DNA of 64,000 nt from a bacterium (lineage in GTDB: Bacteria; Patescibacteriota; Microgenomatia; Curtissbacterales; GWA2-41-24): the NCBI GenBank assembly GCA_021813945.1, contig JAKAJD010000002.1, positions 33,343 through 97,342 on the forward strand. Reading direction: 5' to 3'. Made by a program: the position numbers and the translations under genes. Below the pieces are notes generated by a model. The model was given only the letters and a program-made list of their open reading frames with translations. It searched no databases and had not been told where the DNA came from. This document shows positions 8,253-16,916 of this stretch, in pieces. How positions within the stretch are numbered: position 1 is the stretch's first letter; each line of letters opens with the position of its first letter.

Positions 8253-9803
8253 ATGGAGCAGCATCCTGTCCCGCAGCATATAGCGGCTTTTGAATTTAAA
8301 CTATTTGGCAACCTTACTGCAAGACAGTTTATAACTCTCATCTTTCCCCTTTCAATAGCAGCTATAACCTATTTCTCTTCACTTCCTATATTGGTGCGTA
8401 TACCCTTAGCTTTGACAATAGGCATCGTTGGCGCTTTTATTGCCCTTGTTCCTGTCGGCGGTAGACCTTTTGACAAATGGATTTTCGCCTTCATAAAAGC
8501 TGTGTCAGCCCCGACACAAAGAGTCTGGATAAAAGAAAAGCGGATCCCTGGATTTTTAAGTATTGTCACCAAACCTCCCCAAAAAGAGGTCAAAATTCCC
8601 CAGGAAATCACCGAAAAAGGTAGAGAAAGAATGATTGCTTATTTACGTTCTCTTCCAAAAGAAAATGTCACTTCTTTAGACATCAAGGAACAACTGGCCC
8701 TAGATAGGCTTGGCTTTCCGGCAAGCCAGTATGAAGGCAACTTGCCGCCCGCAATTCTTTGGCCCGTTAGCCCTTGGGAAGATAAATACGTAGCAATAGG
8801 GCAAGGCGAATCAGGTTATCTTTTGGGTTCTTTGCCACAAGTTGCTGGTCCGCTTGAGGAAATTCCCCAAAGCCAGACAGCTCCGGTTTTAGAACCCGAA
8901 CCAAGACCCCAAATAACATCCCAACAGGCTGCCCCATCAGCTGTTACGCGTGCAAAAATCCAGCCGCAAGCAAAACAGTTTACTCTTTCTGGCCTCGAAA
9001 AGCGCCTGGATCATAAACCACAGGAAATAATTGATCTTGCCAGACCCAGCGCCCATCTTGCCTCGGAAACAAACTATTCGCTCGACAACGTAATTCCCAT
9101 CAAAATCTCCGAGGGCCAATTTCGCCTTGTGCACGGAGTCGGCAACACCAGGGTCAGAAAGCTTCACTTTGCACCTCCAGCAAATTTTGATCTTTCTAAA
9201 CTACCAATTCGCGGAGAGCGCAAATTCGACATTTCAGACGAACTTAAAAAAAGATATCATTTCGAAGACGATTCTCCAGCAGTAGTTTTACCTATTCAAC
9301 AAGAAAAGATTCAAGCTGCACCGCAAGCAGTTGATGTTCCCGAGGCAAACCCAATACCCTTACCCAAACCAGAAGCCGTCCACTTACCCGACGAGCATCA
9401 TGCCAAACTAGCACCCAAACAGGAGGAAAAACCCAAAGTGGAAAAAAGTGAATTTTCTCAATTTTCTATATCGGATAAAGATCAAAACCAGCAAACTGGA
9501 AACGTCCAGCAAGCTCAAATCATTCCCCTAACTGACAAGCCAAACATCCTTTCGGGACTCGTAACAGACGAAAAAGGAAGCCCCATCGAAAGTGCCGTTC
9601 TGGTTGTCCGCGACGAAAGCGGAATACCGGTCAGAGCCTTAAAAACCAACAAGCTTGGCCAATTTCTTTCCGCCACCCCGCTTTCCAGCGGTAGCTACAC
9701 AATTGAGGCAGAAAGTGATCTTGCCTCCTTTAAACCAGTCTCAATACATTTAACCGGCCAAATTCTCGCTCCGATTGGAGTCAAAGGAGAAAGGATAAAC
9801 TAA
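8253..9803 (+). CDS. PrgI/VirB3-like N-terminal two-TM domain fused via a Pro/Gln-rich linker to a C-terminal carboxypeptidase-regulatory-like (CarboxypepD_reg / Cna-B-like) beta-sandwich domain
   Basis: The N-terminus (FEFKLFGNLTARQFITL...GGRPFDKWIFAF) matches the PrgI-family pattern. The C-terminus (GLVTDEKGSPIESAVLVV...GSYTIEAE) matches CarboxypepD_reg. Confidence 0.5.
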   Translation: MEQHPVPQHIAAFEFKLFGNLTARQFITLIFPLSIAAITYFSSLPILVRIPLALTIGIVGAFIALVPVGGRPFDKWIFAFIKAVSAPTQRVWIKEKRIPGFLSIVTKPPQKEVKIPQEITEKGRERMIAYLRSLPKENVTSLDIKEQLALDRLGFPASQYEGNLPPAILWPVSPWEDKYVAIGQGESGYLLGSLPQVAGPLEEIPQSQTAPVLEPEPRPQITSQQAAPSAVTRAKIQPQAKQFTLSGLEKRLDHKPQEIIDLARPSAHLASETNYSLDNVIPIKISEGQFRLVHGVGNTRVRKLHFAPPANFDLSKLPIRGERKFDISDELKKRYHFEDDSPAVVLPIQQEKIQAAPQAVDVPEANPIPLPKPEAVHLPDEHHAKLAPKQEEKPKVEKSEFSQFSISDKDQNQQTGNVQQAQIIPLTDKPNILSGLVTDEKGSPIESAVLVVRDESGIPVRALKTNKLGQFLSATPLSSGSYTIEAESDLASFKPVSIHLTGQILAPIGVKGERIN

Positions 9804-9804
9804 A

Positions 9805-10707
9805 GTGGCTCCTTCTGCCCAAAAAATTAAGGCTTCAACCCAAGAGCATTTGGATATTGAAGACATAACCGAAGACTTTGTAATTTTAAAAACCGGCTGG
9901 GTTGCTATGGTCCTTTCCACAACCGCAGTTAATTTTGACATCCTCTCCGAAGCCGAGCAAGATGCGACTATTTACGCTTATGGTGCCCTTTTAAATTCCC
10001 TAACCTTCCCCATCCAGATTTTAATCCGTTCCAAAAGAGCAGATATAACAGCCTATTATCAACATTTAGTCGAAGCGGAAAGAAACCAGCAAAACCCTGA
10101 TCTCAAACGCCAAATTCAAAAATATATGGACTTCATCCAGTCTACCGTTCAGCAAAAAACCATTCTTGACAAGCGCTTTTACCTTATACTTAGCTTTTCC
10201 CCAATCGAACTCGGCTTAACTGGCATCAAAAAACCTGCAAAAACCAGCAACAAAGAGCAACAAGTTCAAGACGCTAAAGTTGCCCTAGCGCCAAAACGCG
10301 AACATTTAATTAAACAAACGGCCCGCCTAGGTCTTACTACCAAACAGCTCACCACAAAAGAGTTAATTGAACTGTTTTATGACATTTACAATCCTGCTCC
10401 CACTGGCACCCAAAGAGTTATTCTGGACTCCGCCTCCTACACAACCCCCATGGTCGAGCCAGCCGTTGAAGTGCCAAGCCCCGCGCCGAATCAGCCACCA
10501 CCAACTTATACTCAGGAACCTTCCCAGGCACCTATACCACAACCAGCTTATGCCGATTCTCTGCCTAATATTAACGGGCAACAATCAGCCCCTTCACAAA
10601 TGGAGGCTCTGGAAAACCTCAAGGCGGCAACCGCCAAAGCCGCGCAATCAATACGCGGAGAACAGCAAATAAGTCCCAACCAAACAAACCAAACAATCCA
10701 GCAATGA
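9805..10707 (+). CDS. Hypothetical T4SS-associated protein, translationally coupled to VirB4 (ATGA overlap); Pro-rich C-terminus
   Basis: ORF lying between the PrgI-like and VirB4 genes. The N-terminal segment (DIEDITEDFVILKTGW...NFDILSEAEQDATIYAYGALLNSL) loosely resembles the N-terminal region of VirB4/TraC proteins. Confidence 0.45.
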   Translation: MAPSAQKIKASTQEHLDIEDITEDFVILKTGWVAMVLSTTAVNFDILSEAEQDATIYAYGALLNSLTFPIQILIRSKRADITAYYQHLVEAERNQQNPDLKRQIQKYMDFIQSTVQQKTILDKRFYLILSFSPIELGLTGIKKPAKTSNKEQQVQDAKVALAPKREHLIKQTARLGLTTKQLTTKELIELFYDIYNPAPTGTQRVILDSASYTTPMVEPAVEVPSPAPNQPPPTYTQEPSQAPIPQPAYADSLPNINGQQSAPSQMEALENLKAATAKAAQSIRGEQQISPNQTNQTIQQ

Positions 10708-12578
10708 ACCTCGTTAGCATTCTAAAACCAAAAAACAAAAACCCCCAGGAATCTTTAAGTGATAAGGAGAAACAGTGGTCGCAGAGCCTGGCCAAAGGTG
10801 TCGTTTCCGTCAAAGACATTATTGCTCCACCAGCCATCGAGGTTGACTTCGACTATATCAAAATCGGCTCAACCTACTTTCGTACTCTTTTTGTCGTCGG
10901 CTACCCAAGGTACGTCCAAGCCAATTGGCTTTCACCTCTAATTAATTTCGTCCACACTTTGGAAATTTCCATGTACCAATATCCGGTAGAAGCCAAAGGT
11001 GTTTTGGATGATCTTAAGCGTAAAGTTACCGAAATGGAAGCTACCATCGCATCTGACATCCAGCACGGTAAAGTCTTAGACCCTGCCGTTCAAGCTGCCC
11101 TAGAAGACGCCCAGATGCTTCAGGAAGAGCTGGTCAAAGGACAGGAGCGCTTTTTCCAGTTCGGCCTTTATGTCACCATCCCGGCCGACTCAAAAGAGGA
11201 GTTGGACCTGGTCACCAGACAGGTTGAATCGACAATGGGCGCCCTACTTTTGGTTCCTAAACACGCTACATTGCAAATGGAAGATGCCTTCAAAACAACT
11301 CTTCCTCAACAAACCGACCATCTCTATATCACCCGCAACATGGACACCACCTCCCTTGCCACAACTTTTCCATTCATCTCCTCATCGCTAACCTCCAACA
11401 CTGGCATCATGTACGGCATAAACGAGCACAATGGTTCGTTGGTTATTTTCGACCGATTCACTCAAGAAAACGCCAATTCCGTAATCTTTGCCAAATCCGG
11501 AGCCGGAAAATCTTACCTTGTCAAACTAGAGGCCCTAAGGTCGCTGATGTTTGGTACGGAAGTAATCGTCGTCGACCCTGAAGAAGAATATAAAAACCTT
11601 TGTGAAGCCATCGGTGGTGAATACATCACTTTTAGCTTTGACTCGCCGGCTAAAATTAACCCTTTTGACCTTTCGGGCGTTTATGAAGAAGGCGAAAACG
11701 AGCTTGGCTTAAAAATTCTTTCTCTTCACGGCTTTTTCAAAGTCGTCATGGGCAATATGAGCCCCGCCGAAGATGCGGTTTTAGACAAAGCCCTTGTTGA
11801 CACTTACAGACAAAAAGGCATTACTCCCGACCCGTCTACCCAGAAAAACGAGCCGCCTCTCATGGAAGATCTCTACAAGGTGCTACTCGGCATGGAAGAA
11901 GTTGAAGCCAAAAGCCTTGCTGATCGCATTGAAAAATTCGTCAAAGGTTCTTTAATCGGCATTTTTAACCAACAATCCAATATCGATCTGCGCAACACCT
12001 TTACCGTCTTTTCCGTCAAAAGCCTGGAGGAAGAACTTCGGCCAATTGCCATGTATCTCATTTTGGATTTTATCTGGACAAGAATTAAAAACGACATCCG
12101 AAAACGCCTTCTTGTTGTCGATGAGGCCTGGTACATGATGGAATTCCCAGACAGCGCTACCTTCCTTTATTCAATCGCCAAACGCGCTCGCAAATACTAC
12201 CTTGGCCTCACCACCATTTCCCAGGACGTTGAAGATTTTTTAAGTACTGATTACGGCAAAGCTATCGTCACTAACTCCTCCTTTCAAATACTTTTGAAAC
12301 AATCTCCTGCTGCAATCGACAAAGTTGCCGAAGTCTTTTACCTTTCCGAGGGTGAAAGGCACTTGCTTTTGGCAGCCGACGTTGGTGAAGGCATCTTTTT
12401 TGCTGGTCCTAACCATGTAGCGGTCCGTATTATGGCATCAGAAGAGGAACACGCCTTGGTTACTACCAACCCGGAAGAGCTAAAACAAAGACGAGATCAG
12501 CAAGAAGCAGCATCAGCACACCAAAACCAAGATTCCCAACCATCGCAAACACCATCTCTTCCAAACACATCTCAATAA
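10704..12578 (+). CDS. virB4: VirB4/TraC/TrsE-like type IV secretion ATPase
   Basis: Walker A FAKSGAGKSY and Walker B RLLVVDEAWYMM. The N-terminal segment IEVDFDYIKIGSTYFRTLFVVGYPRYV is typical of Gram-positive-type VirB4. Length is 624 aa. Confidence 0.8.
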   Translation: MNLVSILKPKNKNPQESLSDKEKQWSQSLAKGVVSVKDIIAPPAIEVDFDYIKIGSTYFRTLFVVGYPRYVQANWLSPLINFVHTLEISMYQYPVEAKGVLDDLKRKVTEMEATIASDIQHGKVLDPAVQAALEDAQMLQEELVKGQERFFQFGLYVTIPADSKEELDLVTRQVESTMGALLLVPKHATLQMEDAFKTTLPQQTDHLYITRNMDTTSLATTFPFISSSLTSNTGIMYGINEHNGSLVIFDRFTQENANSVIFAKSGAGKSYLVKLEALRSLMFGTEVIVVDPEEEYKNLCEAIGGEYITFSFDSPAKINPFDLSGVYEEGENELGLKILSLHGFFKVVMGNMSPAEDAVLDKALVDTYRQKGITPDPSTQKNEPPLMEDLYKVLLGMEEVEAKSLADRIEKFVKGSLIGIFNQQSNIDLRNTFTVFSVKSLEEELRPIAMYLILDFIWTRIKNDIRKRLLVVDEAWYMMEFPDSATFLYSIAKRARKYYLGLTTISQDVEDFLSTDYGKAIVTNSSFQILLKQSPAAIDKVAEVFYLSEGERHLLLAADVGEGIFFAGPNHVAVRIMASEEEHALVTTNPEELKQRRDQQEAASAHQNQDSQPSQTPSLPNTSQ

Positions 12579-12665
12579 CTTTAGATTTACTCCCCAGCCT
12601 TTTTCATCATTATTAAGTCTACTTTGCTTTAAGTTAGAAGTTGCTAGTATATTTAATTAGGCCCC

Positions 12666-14669
12666 ATGTCTGTTTTGGATAAAATCAAAAAACTTAAAAA
12701 TCTTAAAAACCTCAACCCCGAAAGCCAAGTATCGCAGCTTGCCAAAAAAGCCGCAATGTATCTATCTCTTGGTGTCTCAGCCGCATTTTTAGCCGCCTTG
12801 GCATATTTCGCCCACCTCGGAAAAGTTGCTTTCTTTGGTTTCAAAATCGGCGCAACTGCAGGTGGTACGGCAGGCGCAATATGGGGTGGATATATAGGTA
12901 TTCAAGTTGGAATCGCATTAGCACCATACACCTTTGGCATTTCATTGATAGTCGCCCCGCCCCTTGGAGTACTTATTGGTGCCATAGGTGGTGCCACCTT
13001 GCTGGGAATAGCCGGCGGTCTGATCGCCCTCGGCCTCGATCAAGGCTCTGCAGGCCTGGTTTCAACCGGAGTCGGAGCGGGTGTGGGAGGCATCATTGGC
13101 ACCTACGTAGCAGGCGCATTTATTTCGTTTGCAATTGGAGCGTGCGCAGCTACAGTCTTTGGGTGCCTTTTAGTGCCTATCGCAGTGGTATCCGCCCCAA
13201 TCATAATTGTAACCTTCAGTGCTATAGGAGCTGGTGCGGGTTACCTAATTGGCAACTATGTAATTGATCCTGTCAAATCTTATATTGGTGGAGTCTCGAT
13301 AAGTGGTTCCGCCTCAGGCTTCTTGTCTTGGCTTGGCGGGGGAATTACTGGATTGGGATCTTGGGCTGTGGGCGGTCTCTTCAGCCTTGGTGGCTTAGCA
13401 GTAGACGGTATAACCAGCATTGGTAGTAAGCTCTTGGGAACGCTTTCCACCAGCGCAGGTCCTCTTGCTGGGAAATTAGCGGGTATCTCAGTAGGGACAG
13501 CTTTCACATCGGCAGCTACACTGAGCTTACTTCAAACAGGGGTCCTAACCCCTGGGAAATTCGCAACAACCCAGACGGATATATCTAAACCGGCTGGGGC
13601 CAACCAATATGTAACCGTCACTAAAACCGCCAACCCTACTACAATCTCCAATTCAAGCTTACCAACCGACATCAACTACTTGGTTACAGTAAAGGTCAAT
13701 TCTTACGCCTTAACCAACGTCGTCTGCACCGATGTTACAACATTGAAAAAGAGTGATGGAACTACTCAAAACTTAACTAATACTTTAATAGGGCCCCTTT
13801 GCCCTTCACAACTTAACCCTGCCCAAGTTCTTACATTTAATCTTTCAACTCATGCGGACAACACTCCCGACTTTATCAATTCGACAGTTTCCAACACTTT
13901 CACCATTAACTTTGACGTCACCGGTGGAGGGGCTCCACCTCCCACGGGAGGCGGCGGCCCATGCAGTGCAAACAGCGGTTTTAATGCTCTCCTGCCTAAC
14001 CCTATACCACCAAGCGTCGGCGCCACATCACCCAGCTCTTTGCCTCCAGACCCTGCAATCATCCAGGCAGCCCAGCAAGCAACTTTGCAAACTGGCGTAC
14101 CTTGCGAAATGCTAGTCGGCATTCAATACCGCGAAGCCGGCTGGGATGCCAATAGCTCGTTTTTAAGCGGAACCACATTGTGTTCGTCAGGAAATTTTGC
14201 CATATGCAAACCGGAACCCAACATTACGTCTTCATCAGCATGTACCGGTTATGGCGGTACCTGGTACTCTGGCGGGTGCTATTTTACAAGTTTAAATCAA
14301 ACCGCTTTAGCATCAGCAAGTTACATTCTGGGCGAGGTCTCGTCACTTACTCGCGGGCCCGAACGCCCACCAAAAAATTACGATGAAATGATAGGAGCAA
14401 TGTCATATTATAATGGCGGCGGCAATGCTAATTGCGGAGCCGGGGTACCTTACACGGGGCCTTGCCCTGGCCCTATTGGGATTGACGATCCTTATGCAGT
14501 CAATCATTTTGATTCTGACCACGCAACAATGTACCTTCTCTATTGCAGCCAATATACCGACGCCAGCGGAGTTGTCCATGGGATACCTTGCGACCCTCCC
14601 CGAGTCTTAACAACAGACGGTGCGGCAACCGCAGCCAAAGAGTATTATTTAAAGATAGGCGGTCACTAG
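12666..14669 (+). CDS. Polytopic membrane protein with an extreme Gly-zipper N-terminal region (~280 aa, many GxxxG) and a Cys-rich extracellular C-terminal domain; possible cell-wall-lytic or adhesin-like function
   Basis: The composition comes from the translation. The C-terminal segment VPCEMLVGIQYREAGWD is weakly lysozyme/SLT-like but not convincing. Confidence 0.5.
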   Translation: MSVLDKIKKLKNLKNLNPESQVSQLAKKAAMYLSLGVSAAFLAALAYFAHLGKVAFFGFKIGATAGGTAGAIWGGYIGIQVGIALAPYTFGISLIVAPPLGVLIGAIGGATLLGIAGGLIALGLDQGSAGLVSTGVGAGVGGIIGTYVAGAFISFAIGACAATVFGCLLVPIAVVSAPIIIVTFSAIGAGAGYLIGNYVIDPVKSYIGGVSISGSASGFLSWLGGGITGLGSWAVGGLFSLGGLAVDGITSIGSKLLGTLSTSAGPLAGKLAGISVGTAFTSAATLSLLQTGVLTPGKFATTQTDISKPAGANQYVTVTKTANPTTISNSSLPTDINYLVTVKVNSYALTNVVCTDVTTLKKSDGTTQNLTNTLIGPLCPSQLNPAQVLTFNLSTHADNTPDFINSTVSNTFTINFDVTGGGAPPPTGGGGPCSANSGFNALLPNPIPPSVGATSPSSLPPDPAIIQAAQQATLQTGVPCEMLVGIQYREAGWDANSSFLSGTTLCSSGNFAICKPEPNITSSSACTGYGGTWYSGGCYFTSLNQTALASASYILGEVSSLTRGPERPPKNYDEMIGAMSYYNGGGNANCGAGVPYTGPCPGPIGIDDPYAVNHFDSDHATMYLLYCSQYTDASGVVHGIPCDPPRVLTTDGAATAAKEYYLKIGGH

Positions 14670-15256
14670 TGAAACTAAGTCTTACATCGGTCAAAAAAGA
14701 AACTCTCCCTTTAGCTATTTTGGCAACCATTATTATCATTCTATTGGGCTTTGTAATTACCCAGCAAATACTGAAAAACAGACCGTTCCAAACTGCACAA
14801 TTACCTCCCCCCATCAAACTTCAGCCCGTTGTTAATGGAAAATTTGACACAAATGCTCCAATAAGCCAAAAATCTAAAGCTTCGGTTGAGCTTTTAAAAC
14901 AACATCTGCCTTACAAAGCAGATTTTGTTAGTACAACAGGAGATAAAATAACCTACACCCTGTATGGCAAAACTATAGACCCTTATACATTGTATGTGGA
15001 TATATCCAATATAGATTTTTTAATACCTTCAACAAATCCCAATTATCCCAAAACTATTCAAGATTTCCGTGACACAGCTAATCATATTTTCGAATATATG
15101 AAACAATATAACGCCAACCCGTCAGATGTTTTTATTTCCTGGGGCAGCCAAGCATACATTCAAAACAACGCAGAGTTGTGGCTTACTGTTTCTGACAAAT
15201 TTCCACCCGTGGTAAAAAAGGATAACCAATATATTTTTGAAACACCGCCGAAATGA
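14669..15256 (+). CDS. Bitopic membrane protein (N-terminal TM, ~160-aa ectodomain); candidate VirB8-like subunit (speculative)
   Basis: The table ORF at 14543 overlaps the preceding gene. A GTG at 14669 overlaps the upstream TAG by 1 nt and precedes the TM helix LPLAILATIIIILLGFVI. Confidence 0.4.
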   Translation: MKLSLTSVKKETLPLAILATIIIILLGFVITQQILKNRPFQTAQLPPPIKLQPVVNGKFDTNAPISQKSKASVELLKQHLPYKADFVSTTGDKITYTLYGKTIDPYTLYVDISNIDFLIPSTNPNYPKTIQDFRDTANHIFEYMKQYNANPSDVFISWGSQAYIQNNAELWLTVSDKFPPVVKKDNQYIFETPPK

Positions 15257-15867
15257 TAAGAACGACTTTCTATATTCAGAAATTAAGATTAATAATCGCT
15301 ATTATCGACGCAATAATCATATTAATAATGTTCCCTTATACGGTTTTTGCCGCCAGCTTTTCCGGTTCCGCAACGGCCGTGACCATAATCGGCACCTCAT
15401 CATCTCAATGCCCACAAAGCTGGCCTTTGGCTCATGGTTACATCACTCAAGGACCTCAAGGAACAACAAGTCATTACCGGCTATATCCAAATGAGCAAGC
15501 AATTGACATCGGCGGCAATCCTACAGATACTCCTGCTTTCGCCACATTTTCTGGAACTGTGCTTGTTGCCCAAACCGACTATACCCCCGGTGTTGGTTAT
15601 GGCAGATATGTCGATATTCAAGGCACTTGCAATGGCGCTGCCTTTACAGGCCGCTGGGCTCACTTAGACTATATCGATGGAGCGGTCACAGTTGGAAGTA
15701 AGGTCAATTTCGGACAACTAATAGGAGGTATTGACAACACAGGTAATAGTGAGGGCACGCATTTGCATTATTCTTTTCTAGGTCTAACAATGGGAACACC
15801 ATACATCCCTCAAAATCCGGCTTTTTCGACGTGTAATTCAAACGTTGCTTGTAATATTAATTGGTAA
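15253..15867 (+). CDS. Secreted peptidase M23 (LytM-type) family protein
   Basis: Signal peptide present. M23 motifs are HYRLYPNEQAIDIGG and the C-terminal NSEGTHLHYSF (HxH). Confidence 0.8.
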   Translation: MIRTTFYIQKLRLIIAIIDAIIILIMFPYTVFAASFSGSATAVTIIGTSSSQCPQSWPLAHGYITQGPQGTTSHYRLYPNEQAIDIGGNPTDTPAFATFSGTVLVAQTDYTPGVGYGRYVDIQGTCNGAAFTGRWAHLDYIDGAVTVGSKVNFGQLIGGIDNTGNSEGTHLHYSFLGLTMGTPYIPQNPAFSTCNSNVACNINW

Positions 15868-16916
15868 ATATGTTTGACTTAACTACAATTCAAAAAAATA
15901 AATTTAAAATAGCTGCAGGGATTTTCCTGGTCCTAGTCTTAATCTTTATAAATTTGGCAATCTTAGGGAAAATACAAAGCAAAAGTAAAAAGACCTCAGA
16001 ACAGCCCCAGTCCCCAAAAATTCCAACGATTTACCAAAATCCAGCACAAAAGCAACCAAAACGCTTTGATTTTTCAACTCTGAATCAAATTGCATACCCG
16101 CAAAATCTTCCGGTATATACTGCACAGAAAAATCAGATCGACCTAAGTAAAGCGCAAGCCATTGCGGCTAAATTTTCCTTCACTGGAGAGCCATCGAAAG
16201 TCATTAACAGCACAGCAGACGGAACACAGTTTAGCTGGTTTGACAAAAATCGCATCTTGGCAATAAGCCAGACAACAATTAGGTTCGACGACCAAACTCA
16301 AAACTCTTCCAACTCGCTAGCAGAGGAAGACCTTAAAAATAAAGCCTCAGATTTTATTAATTCTTTACCCTTAATTGGGTCAGGTCTCGTATTAAATGAT
16401 AAAAAAACCGCCTACTACGCTTACAGCAACTCCAAGCTTATCAGTGCTTCATCTTTTGCTGATTCACAGTATGTCCAGTTTTCTTTTGACAGAAATCTGT
16501 CGAATAATCCAATATACAATTCGGCCTTAAATCCCTCTTACTTAACAATTTCAATCAAAAAAGATGGAAACATCAATCAACTTTACACTAAAATATTTTC
16601 AGATTTTACCGCCAATGGTCAATACCCGCTCAAAACATTGGATGAAGCAAAAAAGGAGATAGAAAATGGGCAAGGTAAAATTGTTAATACCTTCATGCCA
16701 GATAAAAACGGCCAAGCATTACAGCTCTATCAACTCCAGCCAAACGATATTTCAATTGCCAAATTTAACAACGTGGCCCTTGCCTATTTTTTGCCAGTCT
16801 CAACCTCAGAAAATATTGTGCCAATATTTGTTTTTACCGGCGATTTCCTAACCTACTCAAACCAAACAGGCAAAATAGTACTCTACTTACCGGCTATCCA
16901 AACCTCTCAACCTTAA
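15861..16916 (+). CDS. Bitopic membrane protein (N-terminal TM, ~310-aa ectodomain), hypothetical
   Basis: ORF with an N-terminal TM helix (IAAGIFLVLVLIFINLAILG). No domain recognised. Confidence 0.45.
   Translation: MVNMFDLTTIQKNKFKIAAGIFLVLVLIFINLAILGKIQSKSKKTSEQPQSPKIPTIYQNPAQKQPKRFDFSTLNQIAYPQNLPVYTAQKNQIDLSKAQAIAAKFSFTGEPSKVINSTADGTQFSWFDKNRILAISQTTIRFDDQTQNSSNSLAEEDLKNKASDFINSLPLIGSGLVLNDKKTAYYAYSNSKLISASSFADSQYVQFSFDRNLSNNPIYNSALNPSYLTISIKKDGNINQLYTKIFSDFTANGQYPLKTLDEAKKEIENGQGKIVNTFMPDKNGQALQLYQLQPNDISIAKFNNVALAYFLPVSTSENIVPIFVFTGDFLTYSNQTGKIVLYLPAIQTSQP

Noticed and set aside
13900-14669. C-terminal domain of the Gly-zipper protein as an SLT/lysozyme-family lytic transglycosylase
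   Set aside because: Only a vague E-x-G-W segment (YREAGWD) is present. The canonical E-S...GLMQ motif is absent. I mention it only as a speculative possibility.
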